From contig CM120640.1 of assembly GCA_051362555.1 (NCBI GenBank), positions 24,352,225 through 24,416,224 on the forward strand: a stretch of DNA of 64,000 nt, read 5' to 3'. Positions 39,094 through 51,621 of this stretch are shown in pieces; position 1 is the first letter of the stretch, and each line of letters opens with the position of its first letter. The DNA comes from Lingula anatina. Lineage: Eukaryota; Animalia; Brachiopoda. The position numbers were made by a program, and so were the translations under genes. Below the pieces are notes generated by a model, which was not told the origin of the DNA, searched no databases, and saw only the letters and a program-made list of their open reading frames with translations.

Positions 39094-42005
39094 GTAAGGC
39101 ACAAAAAGCCAGTTTATGTTACAAGTGTGAAAGATCTACCCCCACTAAATGTGCACTGCTCACCCTTTTCCATGTATGGCCAGTCTTGTGCTACTAGTCT
39201 CAAAACTGATTCAAAGATTTGTGAAAGTTTGTAAATTTGACTGGAGTCTGACACTGACAGGAAGATAGTCTGAACATGTTGTTCAATTATCTGCTCTTAT
39301 GCAGATTTGTAGATATTTTTATGTGGATATTGGTGAAAAAAAATGATGTAACTATATTGAGATAATTCGTCATTGTCAGATTGAGCCAGTCTCTCATCAC
39401 TGTTATATTTTTGAGCACCATGTTATATTATATCCCCATCTTTGAACTACAAGTTTTGTACTTGGTATTGTAAATCCTCAGTTTTCCCATAGCTACCTTG
39501 TAATAAGATCTTTGAAAATTTGTGAAACTTTTTTTTTTTTCATTTGGTGATAGTGGTCAAGAAGCTGTCAAAATTGACCTCAAACCTCATAGCATATCAT
39601 TTGACATCAATTTGTAAATGTTTTGCCTAGAAAAATATAAATTTTCAAGTAAGACAGCTATTTTCCATTTATTTTGATTTCTTAGTGTTTTCATTTTTTA
39701 TATTTTCTTTCATATTTTATGCAGTACCAGCTTATTATGTGTGTTCTTGCTGCATGTTTTTATTTAATGCTTGGAAGTCTCTATTCGTGTATGTATTGTT
39801 TTGCCATTTATATATATATATAATTATATGTGAGGCATGGAATATTGTTGCTGTTAGTCAATGGAATTCACAGCGAAATAGTTAGCTTGATTCAAATGCA
39901 GTTGAATTATTTTATATCTCCCATTGTGATTCACATGTATAACAAAAATAAAAGTTGTGTAGAGATGAAGTCCATAATGAATTCCACAATCATGCCAATC
40001 ATTCTTTCCTGATGGAAAAGCATTATAATTTTTATGTGTTTTAAATATGTAACACTCAATCATCAGATGCACCAGGCATGATTCAGGAAAATTATACATA
40101 TTTAAAAAGATATATATTCTGCATATTCTGAGGGGGAAATAATGTTTATAGTGATGAAAGCACTGGGTTTATTAGAGGAAACATGACTGAAGTGGTCAAG
40201 GTAATATTCAGTAGTGCTAAAATGTACTTAAACGTATTGGTGCTACAGTTATATTTGCAAAAAAAGAGGGTATGTAAGATCTGTACTTGAGAGTTTACAG
40301 TGTGTATAGTTATATTTATCTGACATGTTTGACTATTGCTAAGACTGAAATAAAAGAAATGATCTTTTTTGAATTTGAGACTGTGACGTATCTGTTTTTC
40401 TTTGTTGCATCATGTACTGCTTGACAAATATTACATTATTATTCTGTCCATTAATGAACTGTGTTCAGACAGGTTATAAATGTATTTTAATTACATGATT
40501 GCAAAACAAACTACTTTTGTTTTTTGAGTTAAGCTTTTTTTTGCAGTGAAAGAAAGCAAATTCATATATTCTGAAAAACATTTCATAATTTCAACACAGT
40601 ATTTTTTACACGAATCCCATCAATTGTATCAAAATGCTTTTGTTAAGGTTTATATCAATCGATATTTTTTTCCTTTTTAATTCTGAGGGGGTGGGAAATG
40701 ATTATAAGAAACTGCATGGGTTATGGCTCCTGAGGATGACATTTTTCCATATACACTGAACCTTCTACGGCTCCTTTGCTGAATACATGCAATTCCATCT
40801 CGGGTGACCAATGATGGAAAGCCTACCACAGGAGAAGCAATCCAGTTCAGTTGGCGTACAAAATTTAATTGACTTGCCATGATTGTGGCTTTCATATTTC
40901 AAGCACCTGCATTCTTGAAAGGGATATTCCAGGAGTTTGAGTTTACATGTGCAACGGGTGTGGTCTCAACCATTCTTATGCTTGTTTTATATTGTAATGT
41001 TCTTGATCTATGCATGCACTAGTCTTTTCTTTACTTGGAATTTGAGGAAAGAGAAGAAGCTTTTACTGTTCTGTGTACAGAAATTTAAGGAGATTTTTTT
41101 CTGTTTTTAACTAACCTGATTGTGCTCATAACTGATTTTTATCATTTTCCTTGGAATTAGTGTAAATGAAGTGAGTACCTATACTTTTATAAGTAAAACC
41201 ATTTGAATTAATTAAGATGTATGTAACTGTAACTTAATTATATGCCATCATGTTGTCTGTAGTGTTAACTAACTATTAGAAACTTGTCACAGACTTGACA
41301 CTCACGATAAAAAGGGGGGGGGGGGGGGGGGGGGGGGAACTGAACCATTCCTTTACCAATAATGTATATATTGATTAACTCTGTTTTCCTAAAATTATGC
41401 ATGTTTATTGTTGCAATCCTCTTACTAAGAAAATGATTGTATTTTGATTAAGATCATCTATTTAACATACTCACTTTTGGATTGATAGTTCTAATTTACA
41501 TTTTCAAAAAAAATCTCTGTGATTTCATGATCTAAGAAATAGCACTGGTGTACTGTTCTTCTAAAATTACTCATATTATTCCCCATTTTCAGGTCATGCT
41601 CTCTGGCAAAAATGAAGTCTGCTTGCACAGTGTACTACTATGAATTAACACATTGCATCATGTTACATAGTTTTACCTATTACACCACTAGCTTATCATT
41701 AGTCCAGATGGTGTCAAGTTCCCATAGAAAGAAATCTTAAAGTTCTCTCAACATAATACAGCATGCATTTCATGAATCATTTGTCTGGCGTACGGAACAT
41801 TGCTGGATAAAGAGAAATTAAAAGGCAATTTCTGGGTTATAACTCCCAGTCAACCCTGTTTTAAATGTCTTTTCCCATCTCACCTCCTGGCCCTACATGT
41901 ACAAGTCTGTGACAAGTTCCTCCCAGTAGTGAGTAGTAAACCAGTCTCTGCTGAATGCATGCAGCACCTGGTGCAGATGGGTTTGTTTCTGATTTTTCCA
42001 TGCAG

Positions 42006-42214
42006 CTCACAGTTTTCTACCAGCAGCAGCGAGTCCTCCCCTACCAAAGATCCCAAGCCAGTGATCAGGACACGGGATGCTGACTTGATGGTAACGCCCC
42101 CTCTTAGTCCACTAAGGAAGGATGAGGCACAGAAAATGAATCAGGCCTGGGGACCCCCTCGCACTGTGTACTTAGAGAGACAGCCTGGACAGAGCTTGGG
42201 GATAAGTATAGTGG
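42006..42214 (+). CDS. MPDZ: Exon, linker and PDZ7 start (WGPPRTVYLERQPGQSLGISIV)
   Basis: tttttccatgcag / TGG|gtaagt; phase 2-1. Confidence 0.9.
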
Positions 42215-42245
42215 GTAAGTCTGAAAAACAGAAGATACAGATTAG

Positions 42246-42421
42246 AGCACATTTAGAACAGCAGACTAATAGATCCGCAGATCAAATATGGCGACCTACT
42301 AAAAAGCTTGCTGATTGATTCCTGATTAGACAATGAATAGATTCCCTGCGGGGATTATGCAACAAGCATTCAAGGCCATAGTGGGTCTGCTGATCTGTTA
42401 GTCTGCTGTTCTGATTGTGCT
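42246..42421. mobile_element. MITE-like element with ~47-bp imperfect TIRs
   Basis: agcacatttagaacagcagactaatagatc... pairs with ...gatctgttagtctgctgttctgattgtgct. Confidence 0.75.
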
Positions 42422-42800
42422 TGAAAAAGTATCGCTACGGCATGTATAAAAACTTCTTTTGGAGGAAAAATGGAAATTATTTGATTTGATAAAATGTGTG
42501 TTGAAATAGTAGTATAACATTTGCATTTGTACATGACTTAACTGTCATTAATTGTCTTGATGTACTGTTCAGATTTTCACTGAATACTTCACTATATAAA
42601 ATGGTTCTCTTTTTATATTTGAATAATACTGCAGTTCATTCTAAACTACTTTCATTTCCAGCAAAAAATATACTTCTCCTTCAAAAAACCTATAGGTGCA
42701 ATCCACATGTAGTGAGCTGTTTATCTAGCTGCTCCCATTATGTGGAATGTTACTGGTATGAAGCAGGCAAAGCATAAGTCCATTGTTTTGAATCTTTCAG

Positions 42801-42928
42801 GAGGTAAAGTGGACCTGTTCCATGTGTCCCCAGAGCACACCATCACTGGGATCTTCATCAAGCATGTCCTGGAGGGCAGTCCCGCTGGCAAGAGTGGACA
42901 GCTAAAGACTGGGGACAGGATACTTGAG
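42801..42928 (+). CDS. MPDZ: Exon, PDZ7 middle (GGKVDLFHVSPEHTITGIFIKHVLEGSPAGKSGQLKTGDRILE)
   Basis: ctttcag / GAG|gtaagg; phase 1-0. Confidence 0.95.
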
Positions 42929-43277
42929 GTAAGGATGGTGTCTACAGCATGTGCTAAGTTAGGTGGCAATATTCTGGGTAATGTTTCCAGACTACCAGAT
43001 TATGCACTGGGACAGTAGATTGCAGTGTATAAGAAACAGACTTGACTTTAACTTAAATTTACAAAACATTATCAACTTAATGAGCATAGAATCTGCTGTA
43101 CTGGCACAGTTGAAACTATATGAATGACTGTCTGTCAAGTGGGCCACATATACCATTGGTTTTGTATATGTAAACAAGTGCCTTTTAGGATTAGTCCTTG
43201 GTAGTTCAAGGGGTTGGACTGCACATTCTATAGAAATTTCTCAAAGCACGGTCTGATAATGTGGCACTTTTCTTCAG

Positions 43278-43388
43278 GTTGATGGAGTAGAGTTAAAAGA
43301 TGCAACTCATGACCAAGCAGTGGCTGCTATAAGGAATGCAAACTCTCCTGTAAAATTTGTGATTCAGAGCATCATGGATAAAGCACCT
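43278..43388 (+). CDS. MPDZ: Exon, PDZ7 end (VDGVELKDATHDQAVAAIRNANSPVKFVIQSIMDKAP)
   Basis: tcttcag / CCT|gtaagt; phase 0-0. Confidence 0.94.
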
Positions 43389-43674
43389 GTAAGTAGACTT
43401 CATGAATTCTATGGAAACATCCCATCCCACACTTAAAAATAAATAGACTGTAAAGCAATATATCTAGCTTAGTAGAAATAAATAGTAAAAAATAAAAGTG
43501 CATGTTCAATTAAAATTATATCCAAGTGACATCTTTTTTATAAGGTAAGGGTAAAGTTAATAGCTTCCTAAGAAAGATTCTTCTAAAATGTAAAAATCAA
43601 AGCTTCCCATAAATGGTTATACATAGAAAACACTTCTATGATCCTCAAATTATTCGGAATTTATTTGTTTTCAG

Positions 43675-43891
43675 CCTAGTGATAGGGAGTCTAGCTCCCA
43701 GAACTCTACTGTGATACCTGATCGTAGCCCCTTGCCTCATGCTGTGCGGAAACTCCACTTACAACAAGAACCTCATATGTCGCCATTGGATGAGTCTGTG
43801 TTGACAATAGAGACACCTGGTGAGAGTACCACTGACCAACCACATGATTCCTCAGACAGTGAATCTGATGATGAATTTGGATATACCTACA
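43675..43891 (+). CDS. MPDZ: Exon, PDZ7-8 linker ending SDSESDDEFGYTY
   Basis: ttttcag / ACA|gtaagc; conserved DEFGY motif; phase 0-1. Confidence 0.9.
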
Positions 43892-45475
43892 GTAAGCATT
43901 ATTATTCAAAATATACGAAACTTATCAAATAAGCTTGGCATTTTATTACCCTAATTGTGGTACATTAGATTTGGTAGACTTCCATTGATTAGCTTTGGAA
44001 TTGCTTAACCCAGTTATCTTACTGGAAATGAAATATTGAATATGTTTTGATGATTATCTGCTAAAAAGCACCATTATTGAATTAAGCAACAGGAGGGGAA
44101 AAGAGACAATCAAAATTAAATCTGTGATTCTAGGCACCTTTCCCATAGATAGGTAGATTACCACATCAACTGCATTGTCATGTCTACTGTTAATTTTTAA
44201 TCAAAAATGTAATAATCTAAACAAATTTTACTGCTTTGGTTACTGTCAGATAATGTTTGTAAGAAGTAAAGTATAGAAAATTCGATAGGTATCAGGAACT
44301 GTCATTTGGCACAGCTTTGTGTATGTTATCTGGAAAGCTAATTCTCAAGGTATTGTAGGTATTTTTATGTACAGACACAATATGTCATGGAGATTGTAAA
44401 TGGAGCCATCACCTGCACCTGCCTCTTGTGCTTTTTACTGTTAAGGCAATGGATGGATGTCTTCAAACTTACTGGAATGATTTGTAAAATACAGGCTGAG
44501 TTTGAATATCATCTTGATCAGACCATTCTTGCTAAATCATCCTGTTGTTTCAAAATTTTTGTCATCCTTGTTTTCAATATTATATCCTTCACAATGCAGT
44601 TAATGTATAAACCAAGTAAATTATTTCTCTCAAACTTACTACAGTGATTCATAACATCTGAAGGGTCAACCTGGAATATCAGCTAGTCTCAGTAACTCAC
44701 ATACATGATAAGATAAAAAAACAACTATAATTGTACCACCAGCGTTAGCGCTGGCGGTACACATGGTTTCGGTCTCGTCCGGATCGTTCCGCCGGCTCCG
44801 CCGGCCCTGCCGGACGGCTACCGTTACTGCTTCTCCTCCTAGACAGTAAGGGCCCCCGTACCCATCTCTTGGATTTAGGTCACCTATAATCTCAGCTCGT
44901 TCCACGTAAAATTTGGGCTTTGCCGGTATTGGGGTCTGGGTGTGGCACTCATTGCAATGCACCCTTGTCCAAAAATGGCAAAATTAAATGCTAATTATCT
45001 ACCCTACAGAAGGGGTTATGGGAAAAATTTCTACAGACGGCTTTCCAAAAGTCATATGTGTAGATTTCAAATATGCCCTTGGATTTGACCTTTGACCTTT
45101 ACTTCAAGGTCAAACGGGCCAAAATTTTCAAAAAAATAATATTTTTTATGAAAAAAAATTTTTTGCCCTGTTATTCAGACACCACACAGACTTAACCAAT
45201 AATATTATTGGAAAGTGTTATTCTTCAGGTCATCTTTCATCTCCGTGAATTTGGGGTCAATCGGTGCATTTTCACTGGAGTAACGGCCATAAGATGCCGA
45301 AACTGAAAACTGTCTCTAATTCGGGAACCGTTAATGCTAGAGACCCATTCTTTTTTGCATTTTGTAGAGCATGTAAAGCCCAACACTGGAGGTTGTCTCC
45401 GTTTTTTTTGTATTCCAAACGGTTTTCGAGTTACGCTATCAAAAAGTACATATTGGTGGTGAAAGCAAAATGTGC

Positions 45476-45688
45476 AGTAGTCAGGTGGCTCAGTCCAAAT
45501 TTTTTCCAGAATTGTGCAATAGATGATAAAAGCATGAAACTTTCCCCGATGAATAACCATTGGGTGTTCATCTATTTTGGATCAGGGGGTTGACAAACAC
45601 CCAATGGTCATTCATCGTGGAAAATTTCATGCTGTTATCATCTTTTGCACAATTCTGGATAAAATTCGGACTGAGCCGCCTGACTACT
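45476..45688. repeat. 93-bp inverted repeat with 27-nt spacer inside the element
   Basis: Arms 45476-45568 and 45596-45688; 8 mismatches by manual alignment. Confidence 0.92.
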
Positions 45689-46998
45689 TTTCACCATGAA
45701 CTAAACTTTGCATATTTTACTTCCCTTTCATATCCAAAACTGGCAGAGATAGGTCCATAGTTACTATTGAACTTGAATAGGAAGTCATATACTGGCAATC
45801 TAAATGTGACCTTGAAATTGACCTTTGACCTACTTTTCACCATGAACTAACCTTTGCAAATTTTGTTTCCCTTTTATCTCCAAAACTGGCAGAGATAGGT
45901 CCATAGTTACTATTGAATTTGAATAGGAAGTCATATACTGGCAATCTAAATGTGACCTTGAAATTGACCTTTGACCTACATTTCACCATGAACTGAACTT
46001 TGCAAATTTTGCTTCCCTTTTATCTCCCAAACTGGCAGAGATAGGTCCATAGTTACTATTGAACTTGAATGGGAAGTCATATACTGGCAATCTAAATGTG
46101 ACCTTGAAATTGACCTTTGACCTACTTTTTACCATGAACTGAACTCTGCAAATTTTGCTGCCCTTTTATCTCCAAAACTGGCAGAGATAGGTCCATAGTT
46201 ACTATTGAACTTTAATAGGAAGTCATATACTGGCAATCCAAATGTGACCTTGAAATTGACATTTGACCTACTTTTCACCATGAACTGAACTTTGCAAATT
46301 TTGCTGCCCTTTTATCTCCAAAACTGGCAGAGATAGGTCCATAGTTACTGTTGAACTTTAATAGGAAGTCATATACTGGCAATCCAAATGTGACCTTGAA
46401 ATTGACCTTTGACGTACTTTTCACCATGAACTGAACTTTGCAAATTTTGCTTCCCTTTTATCTCCAAAACTGGCAGAGATAGGTCCATAGTTTGTATTGA
46501 ACTTGAATAGGAAGTCATACACTGGCAATCTAATTGTGACCTTGAAATTGACCTTTGACCTACTTTTCACCATGAACTGAACTTTCCAAATTTTGCTTCC
46601 CTTTTATCTCCAAAACTGGCAGAGATAGGTCCATAGTTACTATTGAAGTTGAATATAAAGTCATACACTGGCAATCTAAATGTGACCTTGAAATTGACCT
46701 TTGACCTTCTTTTCACCATGAACTGAATTTTGCAAATTTTGCTTCCCTTTCATATCCAAAACTGGCAGAGATAGGTTCATAGTTACTATTGAAGTTGAAT
46801 AGGAAGTCATATACTGGCAATCTAAATGTGACCTTGAAATTGACTTTTGACCTACTTTTCACCATGAACTGAACTTTGCAAATTTTGCTTCCCTTTTATC
46901 TCCCAAACTGGCAGAGATAGGTCCAAAGTTACTTTTGAAGTTGAATAGGAAGTCATATACTGGCAATCTTACTGTGAAATTGACCTTTTACCTACCTT
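45685..46998. repeat. Tandem array, 9 x 146-bp units
   Basis: The ggtccatag motif (single substitutions in the last two units) recurs at 45752, 45898, 46044, 46190, 46336, 46482, 46628, 46774 and 46920. Confidence 0.97.
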
Positions 46999-47857
46999 TT
47001 GATGAACTTTTGATATTTTTTTTTGCATATTTTGAAAATTCTTGTTGATTGCATTTTTACAGCTTGTCAAGCAAAAGACTGGTGGCTGTGTCCCTTATTT
47101 TGTGTATGTGGGGGTCTATACGAATGCGCTTGCTCCAGCTGGTGGTACAATATTCGGAGGCGGTATCGCCTCTCTGATCCTCTAGTGTATTATTCTTTTT
47201 GCCATTTATTTCGTTAAGTTTAAGGGATATTTATCAATGTTTCACCTAATACTTATTGGTATTTAAGCTGTTCTGTAACTGATTTTGGTCTGTACATTTG
47301 GCAGCTCTGCTGCCTTGTTCAAAGCTAGCTTTAAATATATCCATGGCAGTTAACATGGTTATTATGCAAGCAAATATAAGTGTGCGATATCCTTTCATAT
47401 TTATGAAAAATTCACATTGAAGCTACACTGTACCTGCATTATGTCATGTATGTTACAGATATCATTCTGAATCGATATATATATAATTGATAGTAAAAAC
47501 ACTGATTTTGGACAAATTGCTTTTATCCACCTACGTGCTGCAACCTTGCATTACACTATTTGTATTTAGTCTGTCACTGTGACTCACAATTCTTTGTATT
47601 GGGAATAGTTTAGGCATGGGTACAGGTAAATCATGATGGAGCCTTGATCCAATTCTTGCTCAAGGGTTGCCTGCAAATTGTTTTTCCAAAGTCTATACAA
47701 GACACCCCAAATGTTTGGGTTTCACTAAACTAATGGCATATTAAGAGTAATTTAGTAAGATGTAGTAGAAGGTTAAGTAAGCAAAAGAAACATAAGCAGT
47801 GAAAGGGAGGACATGGTAAAATTCAAGCTGATGTACTGAAACATATGTCAGTGAAGT

Positions 47858-47860
<3 letters not shown>

Positions 47861-47892
<32 letters not shown>
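47861..47892. repeat. (TC)16 microsatellite
   Basis: Direct reading. Confidence 0.97.
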
Positions 47893-47895
<3 letters not shown>

Positions 47896-50707
47896 GATGT
47901 ATTGATTACTTGTGGCTGATACTAAATACAAACAACAACAAGTTTTTGCCTGTTAGTTTAGATAGCATTGACCTTTGATTTTGGCATTTGCGGTGTGATG
48001 CTGGATCAATGGGAATTGGTACTGTTAATGGTATGCAGTAAAACCAATATGGAAAATATATGGACCAAGGACATCAGTAAAAGAGTTTAACAAAAATACA
48101 ACTATTTCAAAATTGATTGGCATCTTTTTTTTTTATTTGGAGTCTGCAGAAAATGATTGGTTTTAGGATTTACAGCTCAGATTAGCACACATTTCCTCAT
48201 TCTTTCCAAAATTATTAAATATTGAAGTTTGGGATGCCCTACATATATTGATTTTTATTTCAAGGTGAAAAACTGCATCTCTTTAGTTTACTGTAACATG
48301 AAAAAAAAGGGCCCTAAGTGGCATTTATGATTCTTATTTTGCCATCAGCTTGAGCACTGGGTGTAACCTTGGTTTTACCTCCAAACTTGCACTTCTGGTG
48401 CCTGTCATCAGATACAAGTCCTCATTACTGCATCTCACCATAGATTACTGAGGCTTGTGTCTTCATCTAAAGGGATTAGGTCACATATGCTTTCCTTGAA
48501 CCTGCTAGATTTTTTTTATCAGCCTTTGCATTTGCATAGGTGTGATGTGTGTTGCAATGCACCCTTATTCAATGTAAAAAATATCTCCCAAATTAAAGGA
48601 TTGAAATATGGGGAGATCAGAAATAGAAGACCAAACCATGGACGTTTCAAATCTGACCTTGGATTTGGGTTTGACTTATGAATTATTTTTGAGGATTGCA
48701 ATAAAATTTGAAATTTCAAATTTGAATGTAAAATTTGTTTCTGCAGGTTTCCCAAACAAAACAGTCATGTAAGTGTGGGGTTAGTGGGTGGCAGTCATTA
48801 AATTAAAAAAAAAAAACAACAAAAAAAAAACTGAAAATAACTTTTGGGGGCCATTGTTCTTTGCATTTTAGAGCAGTCCAAACCCAATACTGAAGGGAGT
48901 GTCTCTCTTTTATTTTCTGAAGGAGTTCCATTATTTCAAAAGAGTCTTATCGCATATTTGCAGTTCGTTCCATTTGGAATTGAATTTGTAACATCTCATT
49001 ATTCAAAGGAAAAGGGTATAGACATTACAGAAGTTGAATAAGAAGTTATGTGGAGATTTTCAAATCTGACCTTGGCACTGTAAAATTTTGTAGAGTTTGC
49101 CAAGGAGTTGTGTTATTTCAAATATGAGCAATTACATCTTTCCATCTAGTCTTTGTCTGTTATCTGAAATTGCCAGCAACTGCACTACAGGGTGACCAAA
49201 AAGTAATTGCCTTAGATAGAAAGGCAAAAGAACTATAATTTGCCCTAGAGCACTTTCACATATAGCTTGTTTCAATACTAGGAATGATGTCAAAGTTTTT
49301 TTAATATTATTGATATTTCCTTTTTTGTGCCATTTTTATCTCAAATTTGAATAAAAAAATTTACTGAGAGCATACACTGGGGTAAGAAGAAACCTACACT
49401 GGTTTAAAATGGCAGTCCATTATTTCCTTTAAATTTTTAAAAGCAAACTCAAGATTAAATGTGTGTTTATAAGAGAGGGGGGGGGGGGGGGAGAAGAAGG
49501 AAGATCTGTATTGTGAAAAGCTGAAACCTTTTTTTGTGAATAATTGCTAATTCACATTAGAAAAAAAAAAATGGAAGAGGTTGGCTTCTTCCAGATTGAT
49601 CTGTCCTGATATAATAGCAAGGAATTAGTTCTATTTTCTCATGTCATATGGGACAGCATGTCTAGGGCTCAGCAGTTGGAAGATTGAAGAGCAATCAGTT
49701 GAAGGATAAACAGCTGATTAAATTTGAAAGAGCAGATTCAAGTCCTAGGAACACATTTGGTCTACAGAGCACATTGGATTGAGTGTAGTGATACCACACT
49801 TGATCAGTGCTGTGATAGGGAAATAGTTAGGGTTTTGCGGGTAGAACTGCTGCATCAGTTACATAGCTTAATAATTACCTATACTAGCAGTGGTATGCTT
49901 TGGTATGCTATGTATTGCAGTGCAGCTGGTGAAGTATGCAGCAGATTTTATATACATGAAGTTTGGGTACATGCAGGCAAATTTTAAGTAGTGCTTTGAG
50001 TTCCTCTGCAAGAGAAAGTATTTTATCCTTCTGGTATCAGCTTGCACACAATGGGGCATTGATTATGAAGGAACCATTAAGTGGGTTATGTAAAATTGAA
50101 TTATGTGCTTGCAAGATGTTTTTTTTTTTTTTTAAGAAGAGTTGATGCTGTGTTGTAATTCCTCATTGGTCAATCACTTTTGCAGAGAGAAAATTGCTTA
50201 CAGCTTGAAAGGTAGAAAATCAATCTTTTCTCGCAGAGGGTTTCAATTTAGGTGAAAACAGCCCCTTAATAGCTGTTGATGTTGAGCTTTTAGAGTAGTT
50301 TTGGAGACCGCGCCTGTGGAGTGAAGTGAAGGAGATCCCAATGTTTCTTTATGCAGATGTGGTATTCAGATGTGGCATTGATTTTTATAATAGGGGGCCA
50401 TAGCCTGAACTGTTGATGGAACCCGCCTTACGCGAGGCATTTCTACCGCATATTGACACATATGTAACCCAGGATCAGTTATGACTTGGCAGTTAAGTTT
50501 TACAATGGGACAGACCAGGATATTAGACCAAAGTTTCTCTCATACCTTGGTTCCACAGAGGAGCTGGACTCTGGCTGATTGAATCCAAAACAGCAACTTT
50601 TGGCATTCAATACCTGCTGGGCTTCCTTTGGGGAAAATCAAAGCTTTCCAGCAATGTAATAGAAATTGTATTGAAAACCCACACTCTGGCAGACAGATAC
50701 TGGAAAT

Positions 50708-50738
50708 ATGAATTTGCATCTTTATGAGACTTACTGGG
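50708..50738 (+). CDS. Candidate alternative first exon (MNLHLYETYW) splicing to the PDZ8 exon
   Basis: aatATG, GGG|gtaggt donor, phase 1 matches exon 51622. Confidence 0.4.
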
Positions 50739-51621
50739 GTAGGTACTCTTTGTCAAGTTTTATTTGTGGATATGCAGATCTGAAGTTGGCCTTCAACTCT
50801 TCATTTAGGAGCAGGTTTGCAGGAGAGCCTGTGTATTCTGTTCATGGGAGGAAGTTAGAAAAAAAGAAGATTCAAACACGCCAGTTATGTTTCAGTAGCT
50901 CTGTATTGCAACCCTGTAACTGGTGTTATTCCATTCCTGACGTTTTTGTCTTATTTTTTATTTTATTTATTTTATTTTTTGTCAATTATTCATTTAAAAA
51001 CAATATGCACATGTGATAAAGCAACAGGGTAGAAGTATTATTGCAGTCTTTATGTTAGTGGATTGCAAGTTATATCAGAATAAATGTTTATAACTTAAGT
51101 CATTTTTTGTGATTAAGCCCCTGGATGCTGGCAACCATTCCTTTTTTTTTTTAGAAGAGATGATCTCTGATAAAAGCTATCTAATGCTATCATTAAGTAC
51201 ATTGTACATTCATAGGTATTTATTTTTTTACTTTTATTCAGTTAAATTGTTTAATTTTGAAAATTTTCATCAAATACACTTAATAGTTAATGAAAGTTTT
51301 TTTATACACTAATTTCTTGATTATTTCTCTGCTCCCTTGAACTTTCTCAGTTTTTATATTCGGTGGGTGAAAACCTACTTACAGTTTGGTATTCTTTGTT
51401 TTATTATTCTGTGCTAGGTAATATATTACTTAATGTTACTTCAAGTAAAATTGCAATGATCATTGTTGTTTCCTTGTTTACAAATATGTTTATTTTTCAC
51501 ACTCACAGTGACAATATTGTTAAATGTAGTCAGTATATCTTGCTTTGAGTTACTTACAGGTATGACAGACTGTACTTTAACATTTCAGCAACATTTTATC
51601 AAAGAATTTCATTATTTTCAG

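Larger units (their letters stand above)
44730..47186 (+). mobile_element. Non-autonomous Helentron/Helitron2-type element (HINE/DINE-like) with internal tandem array
   Basis: 5' subTIR attgtaccaccagc (44730-44743) with its short inverted copy (44749-44760); 3' subTIR gctggtggtacaat (47138-47151); 3' hairpin gaggcg-gtat-cgcctc; terminal ctagt; central tandem repeats. Confidence 0.85.

Noticed and set aside
45237-45760. ORFs of 66-109 aa inside the Helentron-type element
   Set aside because: Mirror-image ORFs produced by the palindrome; no Rep/helicase or transposase motifs
45685-46998. Regular repeat array considered as CRISPR-like
   Set aside because: The units are contiguous near-identical 146-mers with no unique spacers, inside a eukaryotic intron with no cas genes
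47616-47625. ATG GGT ACA G|gtaaat, in phase with exon 51622
   Set aside because: Only three codons and no promoter-like context; expected by chance
49186-49400. TA-CAGGGTGACCAAAAAG, resembling a Tc1/mariner left end
   Set aside because: No matching right TIR found; at most a decayed fragment
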